Source: a virus
DNA length: 64,000 nucleotides
Virus record (IMG/VR): IMGVR_UViG_3300042261_000762
Location: 40,108-104,107 of that record
Strand: one strand, 5' to 3'
In this document: one piece after another, positions 1 through 7,850 of the stretch
Position numbering within the stretch: position 1 is the first letter of the stretch
How the letters are laid out: every line of letters begins with the position of its first letter
Translations under genes and position numbers: made by a program
Notes under the pieces: generated by a model
The model's database searches: none
What the model was told of the DNA's origin: nothing
Seen by the model: the letters and a program-made list of their open reading frames with translations, nothing else

Positions 1-128
1 AAGCTGGTCGTCTAAAACATGAGAAGAAACGTAAGAAAACACGTGAAGAGATTGAAGTAACAATTCCTATCAACAAAAATGAAGGAACTGCTATTTATAA
101 TGCTCTTAAAGAAAGAGCTGAGGATTAA
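1..128 (+). CDS. 3' end of a gene truncated by the window edge (...AGRLKHEKKRKKTREE...ALKERAED*)
   Basis: Open frame from nt 3 to TAA at 126-128, followed by a terminator. Confidence 0.6.
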   Translation, partial: AGRLKHEKKRKKTREEIEVTIPINKNEGTAIYNALKERAED

Positions 129-174
129 TATCATTAATGGTGGTGTCCCTCTAATGCGTCCCTTTCTTATTATT

Positions 175-206
175 ACCGAACTACGTTAATAGTTCGGTTT
201 TTTTTT
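175..206 (+). terminator. Intrinsic terminator
   Basis: ACCGAACTA-cgttaa-TAGTTCGGT stem followed by a T run. Confidence 0.85.
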
Positions 207-238
207 AAACTTACCTTTCATTAATTTGTATATAATAC

Positions 239-439
239 ATGATAGATATAATTGAAAAAGAACAAACAACAATCAATCAATTTGGATGCGAAATCAGTAT
301 TGATTGTAAATACGTTTCATCTGTGGAAGATGAAAGACGTAATAGAATAGCATATGTCTATGAAATAGATAAAAAGACTCTATATGTCTTGAATAAGAAT
401 TTCAAAACTCTAAAAATAGAATACGTCCCGAATGAGTAA
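239..439 (+). CDS. Hypothetical protein
   Basis: 66-aa ORF overlapping the start of the next gene. Confidence 0.6.
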   Translation: MIDIIEKEQTTINQFGCEISIDCKYVSSVEDERRNRIAYVYEIDKKTLYVLNKNFKTLKIEYVPNE

Positions 440-1787
440 TAATCATCCAAAAATAACTAATTCTATTGATGTGATGATTTCTGATGCCATGCTTGGTCTT
501 CAGTATTATGGCGAATTTTGCCAGTATATAAATTTTAAAAATTATCACGCTATTGGAACTTGTGGAGTTAGAGTAGATTTAGCTGGTATGCGTTATTTCT
601 ATAACGAAGAATTTGTTGATGAAATGACACAAGGAGAAATGAATTTCATCATGTTACATGAAGTTCTTCACCTTTTATGGGATCATCAAGCAAGAACAAG
701 AAGATGTGGTTATGATCATGAGCTTAGCAATATAGTTCAAGATATGATTATCAATGATGTTATTAAAACTGATATTATTGATAAGATGGAGTATAGTAAT
801 AAAATAAATAAAAGAAATTGTCATTTTGCTGATATTCCAAGAAAAGAAGTAATGGTAAAACATGCCGATGGTAGTAAGACCGTTGGTAGAGAAGTTTGGG
901 TTTTAGAAAAACCAGCAGAATATAAAGGGAAATTGTCATACGAAGAAATGTATGAATGGATATACGGCGAGAAACAAAAATATGATGAATGGAAAGATCA
1001 TTGTGAGTGCGATAAAAGCTTGCCATGTAAATGTAATAGAAAAGACGGCGGAACAAAAGAAGGCAATCAGAAATGTAAATGTCAAGAATGTCCTGTAAGT
1101 AATTATTTGCGTGGCATTTTTGAGAAAATGGATATGGGTTTATTAGAATGGTTAGATAAACATTTACCTAGTGATATTCCAGAAGATTATAGAAAAAGCA
1201 TAATAGAGAATGTAAAAAATAATCTTAGAGCAAGAGGATTAGAATCTGCTGATATTCTTGCAACTTTAGATAAGATAACAAAATCTAAAAAAGATTATAT
1301 TAAAAATATAAAAATAGGTATAAATGAACTTTTTGGGAATTATAAAAATAAATCAATAACTAAAAGAAATAGAAGATCTATAGAAGGAGTAAAAGGTAAA
1401 AGAAAAGAATCTTACGCTCTTAATGTTCTGCTGGATGTTTCTGGAAGTATGGAAGGATATTTTGAAAAAGCGTTATCTTATATTTTTCAAAATGGTATAA
1501 AAATAAATCTTATACAATGTGATACTGTGGTAAAAGATTACATGGTTATAAAAGATAAAGCCCATTTTAGAAAAATAAAAATAAATGGATTGGGCGGGAC
1601 AATTCTTCAACCAGGTATAGATTTCATATCATCAAACAAAGATTTGAGCGATTTGAATACTTTAATATTAACAGATGGAATGACTGATGAACTTGATGTA
1701 ACAAAACTCAAAAAGACTATGATTATAAGTCATAATCAGAAATGTAAAGTAATAGGCGAGGCAAGACAAATTGTAATAAAAGAATGA
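432..1787 (+). CDS. Metallopeptidase-like (DUF2201-type) plus C-terminal vWA domain protein
   Basis: HEVLH (HExxH) motif; MIDAS elements DVSGSM, GGT and LTDG; Cys-rich insert; partner AAA ATPase downstream. Confidence 0.85.
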   Translation: MSNNHPKITNSIDVMISDAMLGLQYYGEFCQYINFKNYHAIGTCGVRVDLAGMRYFYNEEFVDEMTQGEMNFIMLHEVLHLLWDHQARTRRCGYDHELSNIVQDMIINDVIKTDIIDKMEYSNKINKRNCHFADIPRKEVMVKHADGSKTVGREVWVLEKPAEYKGKLSYEEMYEWIYGEKQKYDEWKDHCECDKSLPCKCNRKDGGTKEGNQKCKCQECPVSNYLRGIFEKMDMGLLEWLDKHLPSDIPEDYRKSIIENVKNNLRARGLESADILATLDKITKSKKDYIKNIKIGINELFGNYKNKSITKRNRRSIEGVKGKRKESYALNVLLDVSGSMEGYFEKALSYIFQNGIKINLIQCDTVVKDYMVIKDKAHFRKIKINGLGGTILQPGIDFISSNKDLSDLNTLILTDGMTDELDVTKLKKTMIISHNQKCKVIGEARQIVIKE

Positions 1788-2227
1788 ATTGGACTTATAA
1801 GGAAATAAATTATTTTGATTTTTTGTTGGAATTTCCAGAAGTAGTAGATACTTTTTATTTACCAGCTGGTATAGATCCTTTATTCTACATAGAATATGTA
1901 AAAGAAATTCATAAAACTAATCCAACTAAAAAACCTTTGATAATATTAGATAATGTGAAGTTATCAGAAGTTGTACATAGATGCATTAAAACAAATGAAG
2001 AAAAATTCGATATATTTAGAGGATATTTAAGTGTAAAAGTGAACAATGATGAAATTTTTCATGTAAAACCAACAAAAAATCTTTTAAGTTACGAAAGAAA
2101 TAATTTGAAAGAATTAGAAGGAGAATTTACTATAATATCATCATTTCCACCGGGTTATTATAATTTTGATGAAGTGGAAATGAAAAACTTAAAAAGAGAC
2201 CTTTTAATAGGTAAAATGTTTAGATGA
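1784..2227 (+). CDS. Hypothetical protein
   Basis: ATGA overlaps with both neighbours. Confidence 0.7.
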   Translation: MNWTYKEINYFDFLLEFPEVVDTFYLPAGIDPLFYIEYVKEIHKTNPTKKPLIILDNVKLSEVVHRCIKTNEEKFDIFRGYLSVKVNNDEIFHVKPTKNLLSYERNNLKELEGEFTIISSFPPGYYNFDEVEMKNLKRDLLIGKMFR

Positions 2228-2481
2228 AAACAATTAATATAAATGGTGACATATTTCATTTACAAAATGACGAACTTCATAGAGAAGATGGTCCAGCTAT
2301 AGAATTTGCTAGTGGTATTCAATGGTGGATGCAAAGAGGTAAATTACATAGAGAGAATGGACCTGCGATAGTCGATAAAAGAGAATTTATTGAATATTGG
2401 CTAAATGGAGAATCAGCCACAGAAGAAGAAATAATCAACATTAAAAGAAATAAATGGATAGATAAAAGTTATGAAAATTGA
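2224..2481 (+). CDS. LHRxDGPA-repeat protein
   Basis: LHREDGPA and LHRENGPA repeats, typical of phage and giant-virus proteins. Confidence 0.75.
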   Translation: MKTININGDIFHLQNDELHREDGPAIEFASGIQWWMQRGKLHRENGPAIVDKREFIEYWLNGESATEEEIINIKRNKWIDKSYEN

Positions 2482-3700
2482 CGAGAAAAGATACACTCTA
2501 TTATCAGATAGAGAAAGATTTTATTTTGATGTATTAGCATCAGGAAATTCCCTCTATTTAAGAGGAAGACCAGGAACAGCAAAATCTGCAATTGGACTAT
2601 CAATGTCCAGAAAACTCAAGATCAGATATGTGGATAGAAGATTGAGTCAGATCGATGAGACAGATATTGGATTATACCCAGTATTAGATGATGGATTTAA
2701 GAATTTAGAAAAACTTGGAAAATTAATGGAATTTGGTTATCTAACAAATGAAGAGTTTAATGAAATGAAAAAACCAATCCTCGATAACATCATCAACGGG
2801 CAAGTTGATATTCTTCATTTTGCTGTTCCAGATTGGGCATTTTCAGCCAACGTTGAACCAACTATCGTTCATTTGGAAGAATTGAATAGGGCTAATCTTC
2901 ATGTAAGAAACGCTGCTCTTCAATTATTAAATGAAAGACAAATAGGCGATTTGAAACTAAATGATAATGTATATATCATGTCTTCTGGAAATCTTGGTGA
3001 AGAAGATGGCACTGAAGTTGATGAAATGGATTTGGCTTTAAGTAATCGTTTAGTCATAGTAGATCATGATTTGCCTTATGAAGAATGGATTAATGAATTT
3101 GCTCAATATCATGTGTGGCAAATAATTATAGATTATATAAGAGCAAATCCCGGTGAATACTATAAATTACCAAATGAAAAAGAATTAAGATATGCCACAC
3201 CTAGAAGTTGGACAAATTTATCAAAATTCATAACCCATAAATGGGGAAGAGAACCAGACTTAAAGGAAAATGTTATTCCTTTCTTATTACATAGCGGGAA
3301 ATGTTTTCTGGGGTCGAGTATAACAAATTTCACAAGATATTGTCAAGATATTTCTAATATTAATATCAATGATATTTTAATACGTTGGGAAGAAGTTAGA
3401 GCTGAAGTGGCTGGATTTAATAGATCAAGAATGTCGGAATTAATATCTAATTTGAGATACATGGATCTTAGGACACTAGACGAACTTCAATTTAGAAATT
3501 TATTAAATTTCCTATCCTCATTAAAAGACGATGATGAATTGACAAGTTACATAATTCATATACTTGACAGCACAAACGAATCCAATTATGATGTGAATAG
3601 TAGAATCATAAAACATTTTGATAAGAAAGTAAGAGAGTTAAGAAGTTATACAAGTCAAAATTTAAAGAAAGCTGAAACGACTGCTACTCCTCAGGTATAA
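2471..3700 (+). CDS. MoxR/AAA_5-like ATPase
   Basis: Walker A GRPGTAKS, Walker B LEELNRA, SNRL arginine finger, TPRSW. Confidence 0.85.
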   Translation: MKIDEKRYTLLSDRERFYFDVLASGNSLYLRGRPGTAKSAIGLSMSRKLKIRYVDRRLSQIDETDIGLYPVLDDGFKNLEKLGKLMEFGYLTNEEFNEMKKPILDNIINGQVDILHFAVPDWAFSANVEPTIVHLEELNRANLHVRNAALQLLNERQIGDLKLNDNVYIMSSGNLGEEDGTEVDEMDLALSNRLVIVDHDLPYEEWINEFAQYHVWQIIIDYIRANPGEYYKLPNEKELRYATPRSWTNLSKFITHKWGREPDLKENVIPFLLHSGKCFLGSSITNFTRYCQDISNININDILIRWEEVRAEVAGFNRSRMSELISNLRYMDLRTLDELQFRNLLNFLSSLKDDDELTSYIIHILDSTNESNYDVNSRIIKHFDKKVRELRSYTSQNLKKAETTATPQV

Positions 3701-3716
3701 AAAATAATTATTATAT

Positions 3717-3929
3717 ATGACAGTAAACTATGAAGATAATATATTATATGTTGATTATGTTAATATGAAACACAGAATGATTCTCTATAACAATAGATCT
3801 AAAAGAATAAGATTGATCTTAGGACAAATTATAGATGAACAAAATTTTGATATAACTGTAGATACTATAAAACATTTACCGGAAGATATTAACCTTAAAG
3901 TTAAAGAATATATCAGAACTATATTTTAA
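3717..3929 (+). CDS. Hypothetical protein
   Basis: 70-aa ORF in the operon. Confidence 0.55.
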   Translation: MTVNYEDNILYVDYVNMKHRMILYNNRSKRIRLILGQIIDEQNFDITVDTIKHLPEDINLKVKEYIRTIF

Positions 3930-3935
3930 TATATA
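3927..3935 (+). promoter_or_regulatory. Putative phage (late-type) promoter TAATATATA
   Basis: The same motif precedes many genes on both strands: 5533, 6904, 11347, 39934, 45597, 55927, 59363, 60030 (+); 14786, 17859, 27792, 28982, 50567 (-). Confidence 0.6.
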
Positions 3936-3940
3936 GATTC

Positions 3941-4975
3941 ATGATTAAATTATTTGATAATTTCATTAATGAACAATACGAATTAGATCCTTACGGTGAA
4001 GAAAATTTGGATGATAATGTTAAAGTTAGAATTGCCAAATGTAAAAAAGATTTCAAAATAGGGCGTGATAAGGTAGTGCTGTTTCATAAAGGGGATGAAT
4101 ATGAAATAGTAGATGATCACGATTGGGACGGATTTATGATTCTCAAAACTCAAATACATGGAACTCCACATAATCACGCAATACCATTAAATAACATGTA
4201 TAAAGATTCTTTTTGGAAACATTTTATTATTAAAGAAAATATTAAATCTGATGTAGATCCTTATGGTGAAGAAAATTGGAATGATTTGGAGCCAGTTGAT
4301 GATGTAGTTCTAAGATTTCGAAATTATTATAAATGTGTTGAATGTGGCAATGAATGGGAAGATGAATGGGATTCTACTTGCGATGATGAATGTCCAAATT
4401 GTGGCACTATAATGACGCCATATGAAAGCGAAGATATAAATGAATCTTTTACAGAGGATGATCCTTATGGTGAAGAAATATGGAATGACATTAAACCGGA
4501 TCCAATAAATAGAGATACTGAAATAGAAATTGGTGATAAGATATATTATCATTACGATAGAAATAATATCGAACCAGCATTCATGGGTGAAGTTGAAAGA
4601 ATAATTAATCACCCTAAGTTTGGATTTGTTGATTATTTAATATCTGGAAAATATTCTCGAGAAATCAGTAAAATGAATTTGATTGGATGTGGGGCTAGAA
4701 TAATAAAAAGGACAAATGAGACAATAAATATTGATCCTTATAATGAAGAAAATTGGAAAGATGAAGAGGAATTTAATATTGGTGATGAATTAATTTGTAA
4801 AGAAGATATAATGACATCTACTGGCAAATATTGGCTGTTTCATCAAGGAAAAACGTATAGTATAATTAGAGTTACACATGATTGGATATTCGTTCTCACG
4901 AAATCTTTAGGACACGAAGTTAATATTCCTTTCACAAGAAAGGGCATTTGGAAAAGTTTCGATAAAAAAAATTAA
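3941..4975 (+). CDS. Modular protein with capsid-targeting-like N-terminus, four DPY[GN]EE motifs and a zinc ribbon
   Basis: MIKLFDNFINE start; each module preceded by xxE then DPYGEE; CVECG...CPNCG. Confidence 0.8.
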   Translation: MIKLFDNFINEQYELDPYGEENLDDNVKVRIAKCKKDFKIGRDKVVLFHKGDEYEIVDDHDWDGFMILKTQIHGTPHNHAIPLNNMYKDSFWKHFIIKENIKSDVDPYGEENWNDLEPVDDVVLRFRNYYKCVECGNEWEDEWDSTCDDECPNCGTIMTPYESEDINESFTEDDPYGEEIWNDIKPDPINRDTEIEIGDKIYYHYDRNNIEPAFMGEVERIINHPKFGFVDYLISGKYSREISKMNLIGCGARIIKRTNETINIDPYNEENWKDEEEFNIGDELICKEDIMTSTGKYWLFHQGKTYSIIRVTHDWIFVLTKSLGHEVNIPFTRKGIWKSFDKKN

Positions 4976-5002
4976 AAAGTTTTTTATTTCACAGATATTT
5001 CA

Positions 5003-5010
5003 TATCTTTG
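5003..5010 (+). promoter_or_regulatory. Bacteroidota-type -7 promoter element TAnnTTTG
   Basis: TATCTTTG; similar elements at 5484, 7564, 13373 and about 25651. Confidence 0.5.
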
Positions 5011-5014
5011 TAGT

Positions 5015-5248
5015 ATGAAAATTAAGTACTACGGATACGATTGTATTTTTCTTCCAACTGGACATATAGGGAAGATTATGAATGAATTGGATTCATTCAA
5101 ATCTTTATGCTGGGACCCGAATAAGAAAGAATCTTATTACAAAGAATATCCTCCTCAATGGGGTATTTATTGGTATGGTGGAGATCAAATACGACAAAAA
5201 GGAATGCCAAATTATTGGCAAGATAAAGATTTAATTCAGATATTATGA
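5015..5248 (+). CDS. Hypothetical protein
   Basis: 77-aa ORF after the promoter element. Confidence 0.65.
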   Translation: MKIKYYGYDCIFLPTGHIGKIMNELDSFKSLCWDPNKKESYYKEYPPQWGIYWYGGDQIRQKGMPNYWQDKDLIQIL

Positions 5249-5467
5249 AATCAAATGCTCAGAGATTAGGTGTGTTTTTATCAATTTTAACAATAATTGT
5301 ATGTGGAATTATTGGTGGAATGTTATGGTGCAAGATTTTTAGATTTTTGTAAAGGACACCCATATTGGATTTCTTCATGGATTTTGATTCTTCTTATTTT
5401 TGTAAATCCAGAAACATCTTATGATTTTTATAAAAAAATCAGTTATTTTTTTAGAATAATTTTTTAA
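5245..5467 (+). pseudogene. Small membrane protein gene, apparently frameshifted
   Basis: MKSNAQRLGVFLSILTIIVCGIIGGM continues in another frame as YGARFLDFCKGHPYWISSWILILLIFVNPE... Confidence 0.35.
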
Positions 5468-5564
5468 TTAAGCAAACTTTTTGTAATTTTGTAGTACAAA
5501 TTAAGAAATGGAAAAAATTGACATTTTTTGGTTAATATATAACAAAGTATAAAAATTAAATATT

Positions 5565-5645
5565 ATGAACTTTCGAATAGAGAATATGATACAAGAACAG
5601 ATGCAACAGATGGATAATCTGATTGGATGGACTATATCGTATTGA
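5565..5645 (+). CDS. Leader peptide of a putative tRNA-array attenuator (MNFRIENMIQEQMQQMDNLIGWTISY)
   Basis: 26-codon ORF rich in ATA/GAG/GAA/ATG/CAA/CAG, lying between the promoter and the terminator ahead of the first tRNA. Confidence 0.75.
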   Translation: MNFRIENMIQEQMQQMDNLIGWTISY

Positions 5646-5681
5646 CAAAGTTCTAGATGATATAAACAAAACCCAATCAGA
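5618..5681 (+). promoter_or_regulatory. Antiterminator helix
   Basis: TCTGATTGG (5618-5626) pairs with CCAATCAGA (5673-5681, terminator 5' arm); inner helix TATATCGT (5633-5640) with ATGATATA (5657-5664). Confidence 0.7.
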
Positions 5682-5706
5682 AAACTGATTGGGTTTTTTG
5701 TTTTTT
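5668..5706 (+). terminator. Intrinsic terminator (attenuator)
   Basis: AAAACCCAATCAG-aaaa-CTGATTGGGTTTT plus T-rich tail, ending 7 nt before the first tRNA. Confidence 0.9.
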
Positions 5707-5713
5707 GACATAT

Positions 5714-5784
5714 GCTCCTATCGTCTAAAGGAAGGATTCGACTTTTTCACAGTCGGGATGCGGTCTCGGGATCCGCTGGGAGTA
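5714..5784 (+). tRNA. tRNA-Glu(TTC) with atypical T loop
   Basis: Acceptor GCTCCTA/TGGGAGT; anticodon arm CGACT-TTTTCAC-AGTCG; T arm GCGGT-CTCGGGA-TCCGC. Confidence 0.75.
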
Positions 5785-5795
5785 CAAAAGATTAA

Positions 5796-5806
5796 GTTCT
5801 TTGACA
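5796..5806 (+). promoter_or_regulatory. boxA-like antitermination element
   Basis: GTTCTTTGACA in a tRNA spacer; similar GTTCATTGAA at 7585-7594. Confidence 0.4.
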
Positions 5807-5823
5807 TATTGGGAATAAATTAT

Positions 5824-5948
5824 AGGGAGGTAGTGTAATGGCTAGCACGACGTAATTCAACAAAAGTATTTTGACAAAAATATTTACAGCAAATCAAAAG
5901 AAGAGGCATCATAAGCCGTATGTGGATGTTCGAATCATCCCCTCCCAA
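5824..5948 (+). tRNA. tRNA(CAT) with a 53-nt insertion in the anticodon stem
   Basis: GGGAGG/CCTCCC acceptor; D arm GTGT/GCAC; T arm GGATG-TTCGAAT-CATCC; removing 5853-5905 restores ACGGC-ATCATAA-GCCGT. Confidence 0.65.
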
Positions 5949-6029
5949 CAAATTGAGAAATGGACTCATCATTCCGAATTTAAACGGTCACAAAAAATTC
6001 CATTGACAGTCTGGAAAGACAGACGACAT

Positions 6030-6111
6030 AGCAACGTGCCGGAGTGGTCTATCGGGGATGTCTCATAAGCATCTGGCTTTGCCTTCGTGGGTTCAAACCC
6101 CACCGTTGCTA
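6030..6111 (+). tRNA. Class II-type tRNA (long variable arm) with CAT anticodon
   Basis: AGCAACG/CGTTGCT acceptor; GATGT-CTCATAA-GCATC; variable arm GGC-TTT-GCC; T arm GTGGG-TTCAAAC-CCCAC. Confidence 0.8.
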
Positions 6112-6116
6112 CACAT

Positions 6117-6199
6117 CGCGGGGTCGAGTAGATGGCCCAGCTATCTGGTCTCCAGGTCTCCCCAAAAGGGAGTCGTAGGTTCGAATCCTACCCCCGCTA
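6117..6199 (+). ncRNA. tRNA-fMet-like RNA lacking an anticodon loop
   Basis: CGCGGGG/CCCCGCT acceptor and perfect T arm; anticodon arm reduced to CTGG-TCT-CCAG; extra arm CTCCC-CAAAA-GGGAG. Confidence 0.6.
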
Positions 6200-6213
6200 C
6201 TAAAAACAAACAT

Positions 6214-6289
6214 GGCCTCCTAGTGTAATGGTTGAGCATTTCTCCCTTTGAAGGAGCGGGTATTGGTTCGAATCCAGTGGGGGCTGCCA
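6214..6289 (+). tRNA. tRNA-Gln(TTG)
   Basis: Cloverleaf, loop CTTTGAA, encoded CCA. Confidence 0.9.
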
Positions 6290-6292
6290 AAT

Positions 6293-6363
6293 TGTTCTTT
6301 GGTGTAACGGGAGCATAAGTGACTCTGAATCACTCAGTCCTGGTTCGAATCCAGGAAGAACAA
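6293..6363 (+). tRNA. tRNA-Gln(CTG)
   Basis: Cloverleaf, AGTGA-CTCTGAA-TCACT. Confidence 0.9.
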
Positions 6364-6386
6364 CAACAAAAATAGGAGATAAAAAT

Positions 6387-6644
6387 ATGAAAGGTATTAC
6401 ATTTAAAATCAACGGAGAACTTTCAGAAGAAGGTAAAAAGAAACTTCTGAAACACATTGAGGAAGGTAGAAAAAAAATGGAAGCCAGAATTGAAAAGTAT
6501 AGAAAATACTTCGATCTTTTAGAAAAAATGAATAAAGATAATAGACACGAAGACTTCATTTATTTAGAGAATGGTAAACATTATATAGTATCTTGGGACA
6601 GTGGGAAATGGTCAGATCCGAGAGAAATTACATTTTTGGAATAA
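6387..6644 (+). CDS. Hypothetical protein within the tRNA array
   Basis: 85-aa ORF with GGAG upstream. Confidence 0.65.
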   Translation: MKGITFKINGELSEEGKKKLLKHIEEGRKKMEARIEKYRKYFDLLEKMNKDNRHEDFIYLENGKHYIVSWDSGKWSDPREITFLE

Positions 6645-6913
6645 ACTTAAAAAACGAACCTCGAACTTTTTATACATTAGAAACACATTGTAGAGGAAAT
6701 CTAATAATTGAAAGAATAGAAGAAAAAATAAAACAAAAACAAAAGAACTTCATACATGGTTTTATGTTAAGAAGGAAAGTAGAGAGACCAACTTATGAAA
6801 AACTAATTGACGAGATAGAAAATCTTGGACTAGAGGGAGTTGGTAGAAAATATGGAGTAACTGGTAAAGCGATTAAAAAATGGGTTATTACATATCAAAA
6901 ATATAATATATAA
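6593..6913 (+). pseudogene. Probable remnant of a homing-endonuclease C-terminal HTH
   Basis: RKVERPTYEKL...VGRKYGVTGKAIKKW is typical of HNH-associated HTH tails; no nuclease domain; weak start. Confidence 0.45.
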
Positions 6914-6918
6914 TGTAT

Positions 6919-6994
6919 TGATCATTAGCGCAATTGGTAGAGCGTTGGGTTTTGGTCCCAAAGGTTGGAGGTTCGAACCCTCCATGATCAACCA
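6919..6994 (+). tRNA. tRNA-Gln(TTG)
   Basis: TGATCAT/ATGATCA acceptor; TTGGG-TTTTGGT-CCCAA; encoded CCA. Confidence 0.9.
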
Positions 6995-7006
6995 AAGTTT
7001 TTTATT

Positions 7007-7528
7007 ATGAAGAAATTATTTACTATATTATTCATTATTATATCATTCTGTCTAAACGCCCAAACAAAGGGAACTTTCACAGATAATCGTGACAATAAAA
7101 CCTACAGATGGATAAAAATAGGCGAACAAGTTTGGATGAGGGATAATCTAAAATATAAAGATACAATATTTTATGATTATAAATCTGAAAAAAAGAATGA
7201 TACATTAAAACTAGTTGCTTCTTGTCCAGATGGATGGCATCTACCAACACTAATAGAATGGAATCAATTGTTTACTACTCTTGGAAGAGTAAATGCTGCT
7301 AATAGATTGCAAGAAGAAAATAGTTTTGATTGTTTATTGAATGGTAGATATAATGCTGATATAAAATCAGTTGAAAATAGAGGAACACATGCATATTACT
7401 GGACTTCGACTGTTAGAGATGAAAATACAATGTGGACAATATTTATATTTTATGGTTCTGGAATGACAAGTAAAATAGATGGTGATAAGAGATATGGTTA
7501 TTCTATAAGATGTATAAAAGATAAATAA
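7007..7528 (+). CDS. Secreted FISUMP (Fibrobacter succinogenes major paralogous) domain protein
   Basis: Signal peptide MKKLFTILFIIISFCLNA; DNRDNKTY, IGEQVWMRDNL, CPDGWHLPT, YYWTS, SIRCIKD. Confidence 0.85.
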   Translation: MKKLFTILFIIISFCLNAQTKGTFTDNRDNKTYRWIKIGEQVWMRDNLKYKDTIFYDYKSEKKNDTLKLVASCPDGWHLPTLIEWNQLFTTLGRVNAANRLQEENSFDCLLNGRYNADIKSVENRGTHAYYWTSTVRDENTMWTIFIFYGSGMTSKIDGDKRYGYSIRCIKDK

Positions 7529-7610
7529 TTTTCCTGAAATTTTTTTAATTCGTAAATAAGTCGTATTTTTGTATTGTTAAATCAGTTCATTGAATTATTG
7601 AAAAATATAT

Positions 7611-7684
7611 GGCGGGGTAGAGCAGAAGAAGCTCGTCGGGCTCATAATCCGAAGGTCGTGGTTGAGCATTTCCCACCCCCGCAA
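7611..7684 (+). tRNA. tRNA-fMet(CAT)-like with aberrant T loop
   Basis: TCGGG-CTCATAA-TCCGA; 1:72 mismatch; T arm GTGG-TTGAGCATTTC-CCAC. Confidence 0.65.
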
Positions 7685-7689
7685 CACAT

Positions 7690-7764
7690 CGCGGGATGGA
7701 GCAGAGGTAGCTCGCAAGGCTCATAACCTTGAGGCCGAGGGTTCGATCCCCTCTCCCGCAACCA
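7690..7764 (+). tRNA. tRNA-fMet(CAT)
   Basis: C1:A72 mismatch, CAAGG-CTCATAA-CCTTG, encoded CCA. Confidence 0.9.
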
Positions 7765-7767
7765 AAT

Positions 7768-7840
7768 GGTCTCGTAGCTCAGGGGTGAGAGCAGGAAGCT
7801 TATACCTTCAAGGTCGGTGGTTCAATTCCATCCGGGACTA
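7768..7840 (+). tRNA. tRNA-Ile(TAT)
   Basis: Cloverleaf, loop CTTATAC. Confidence 0.85.
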
Positions 7841-7850
7841 CAAATAAAAC

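Noticed and set aside
5871-7847. ORFs 5871-6068, 6200-6559, 7662-7847 and the 6965 start
   Set aside because: They overlap tRNA genes; the FISUMP gene starts better at 7007 with a signal peptide.
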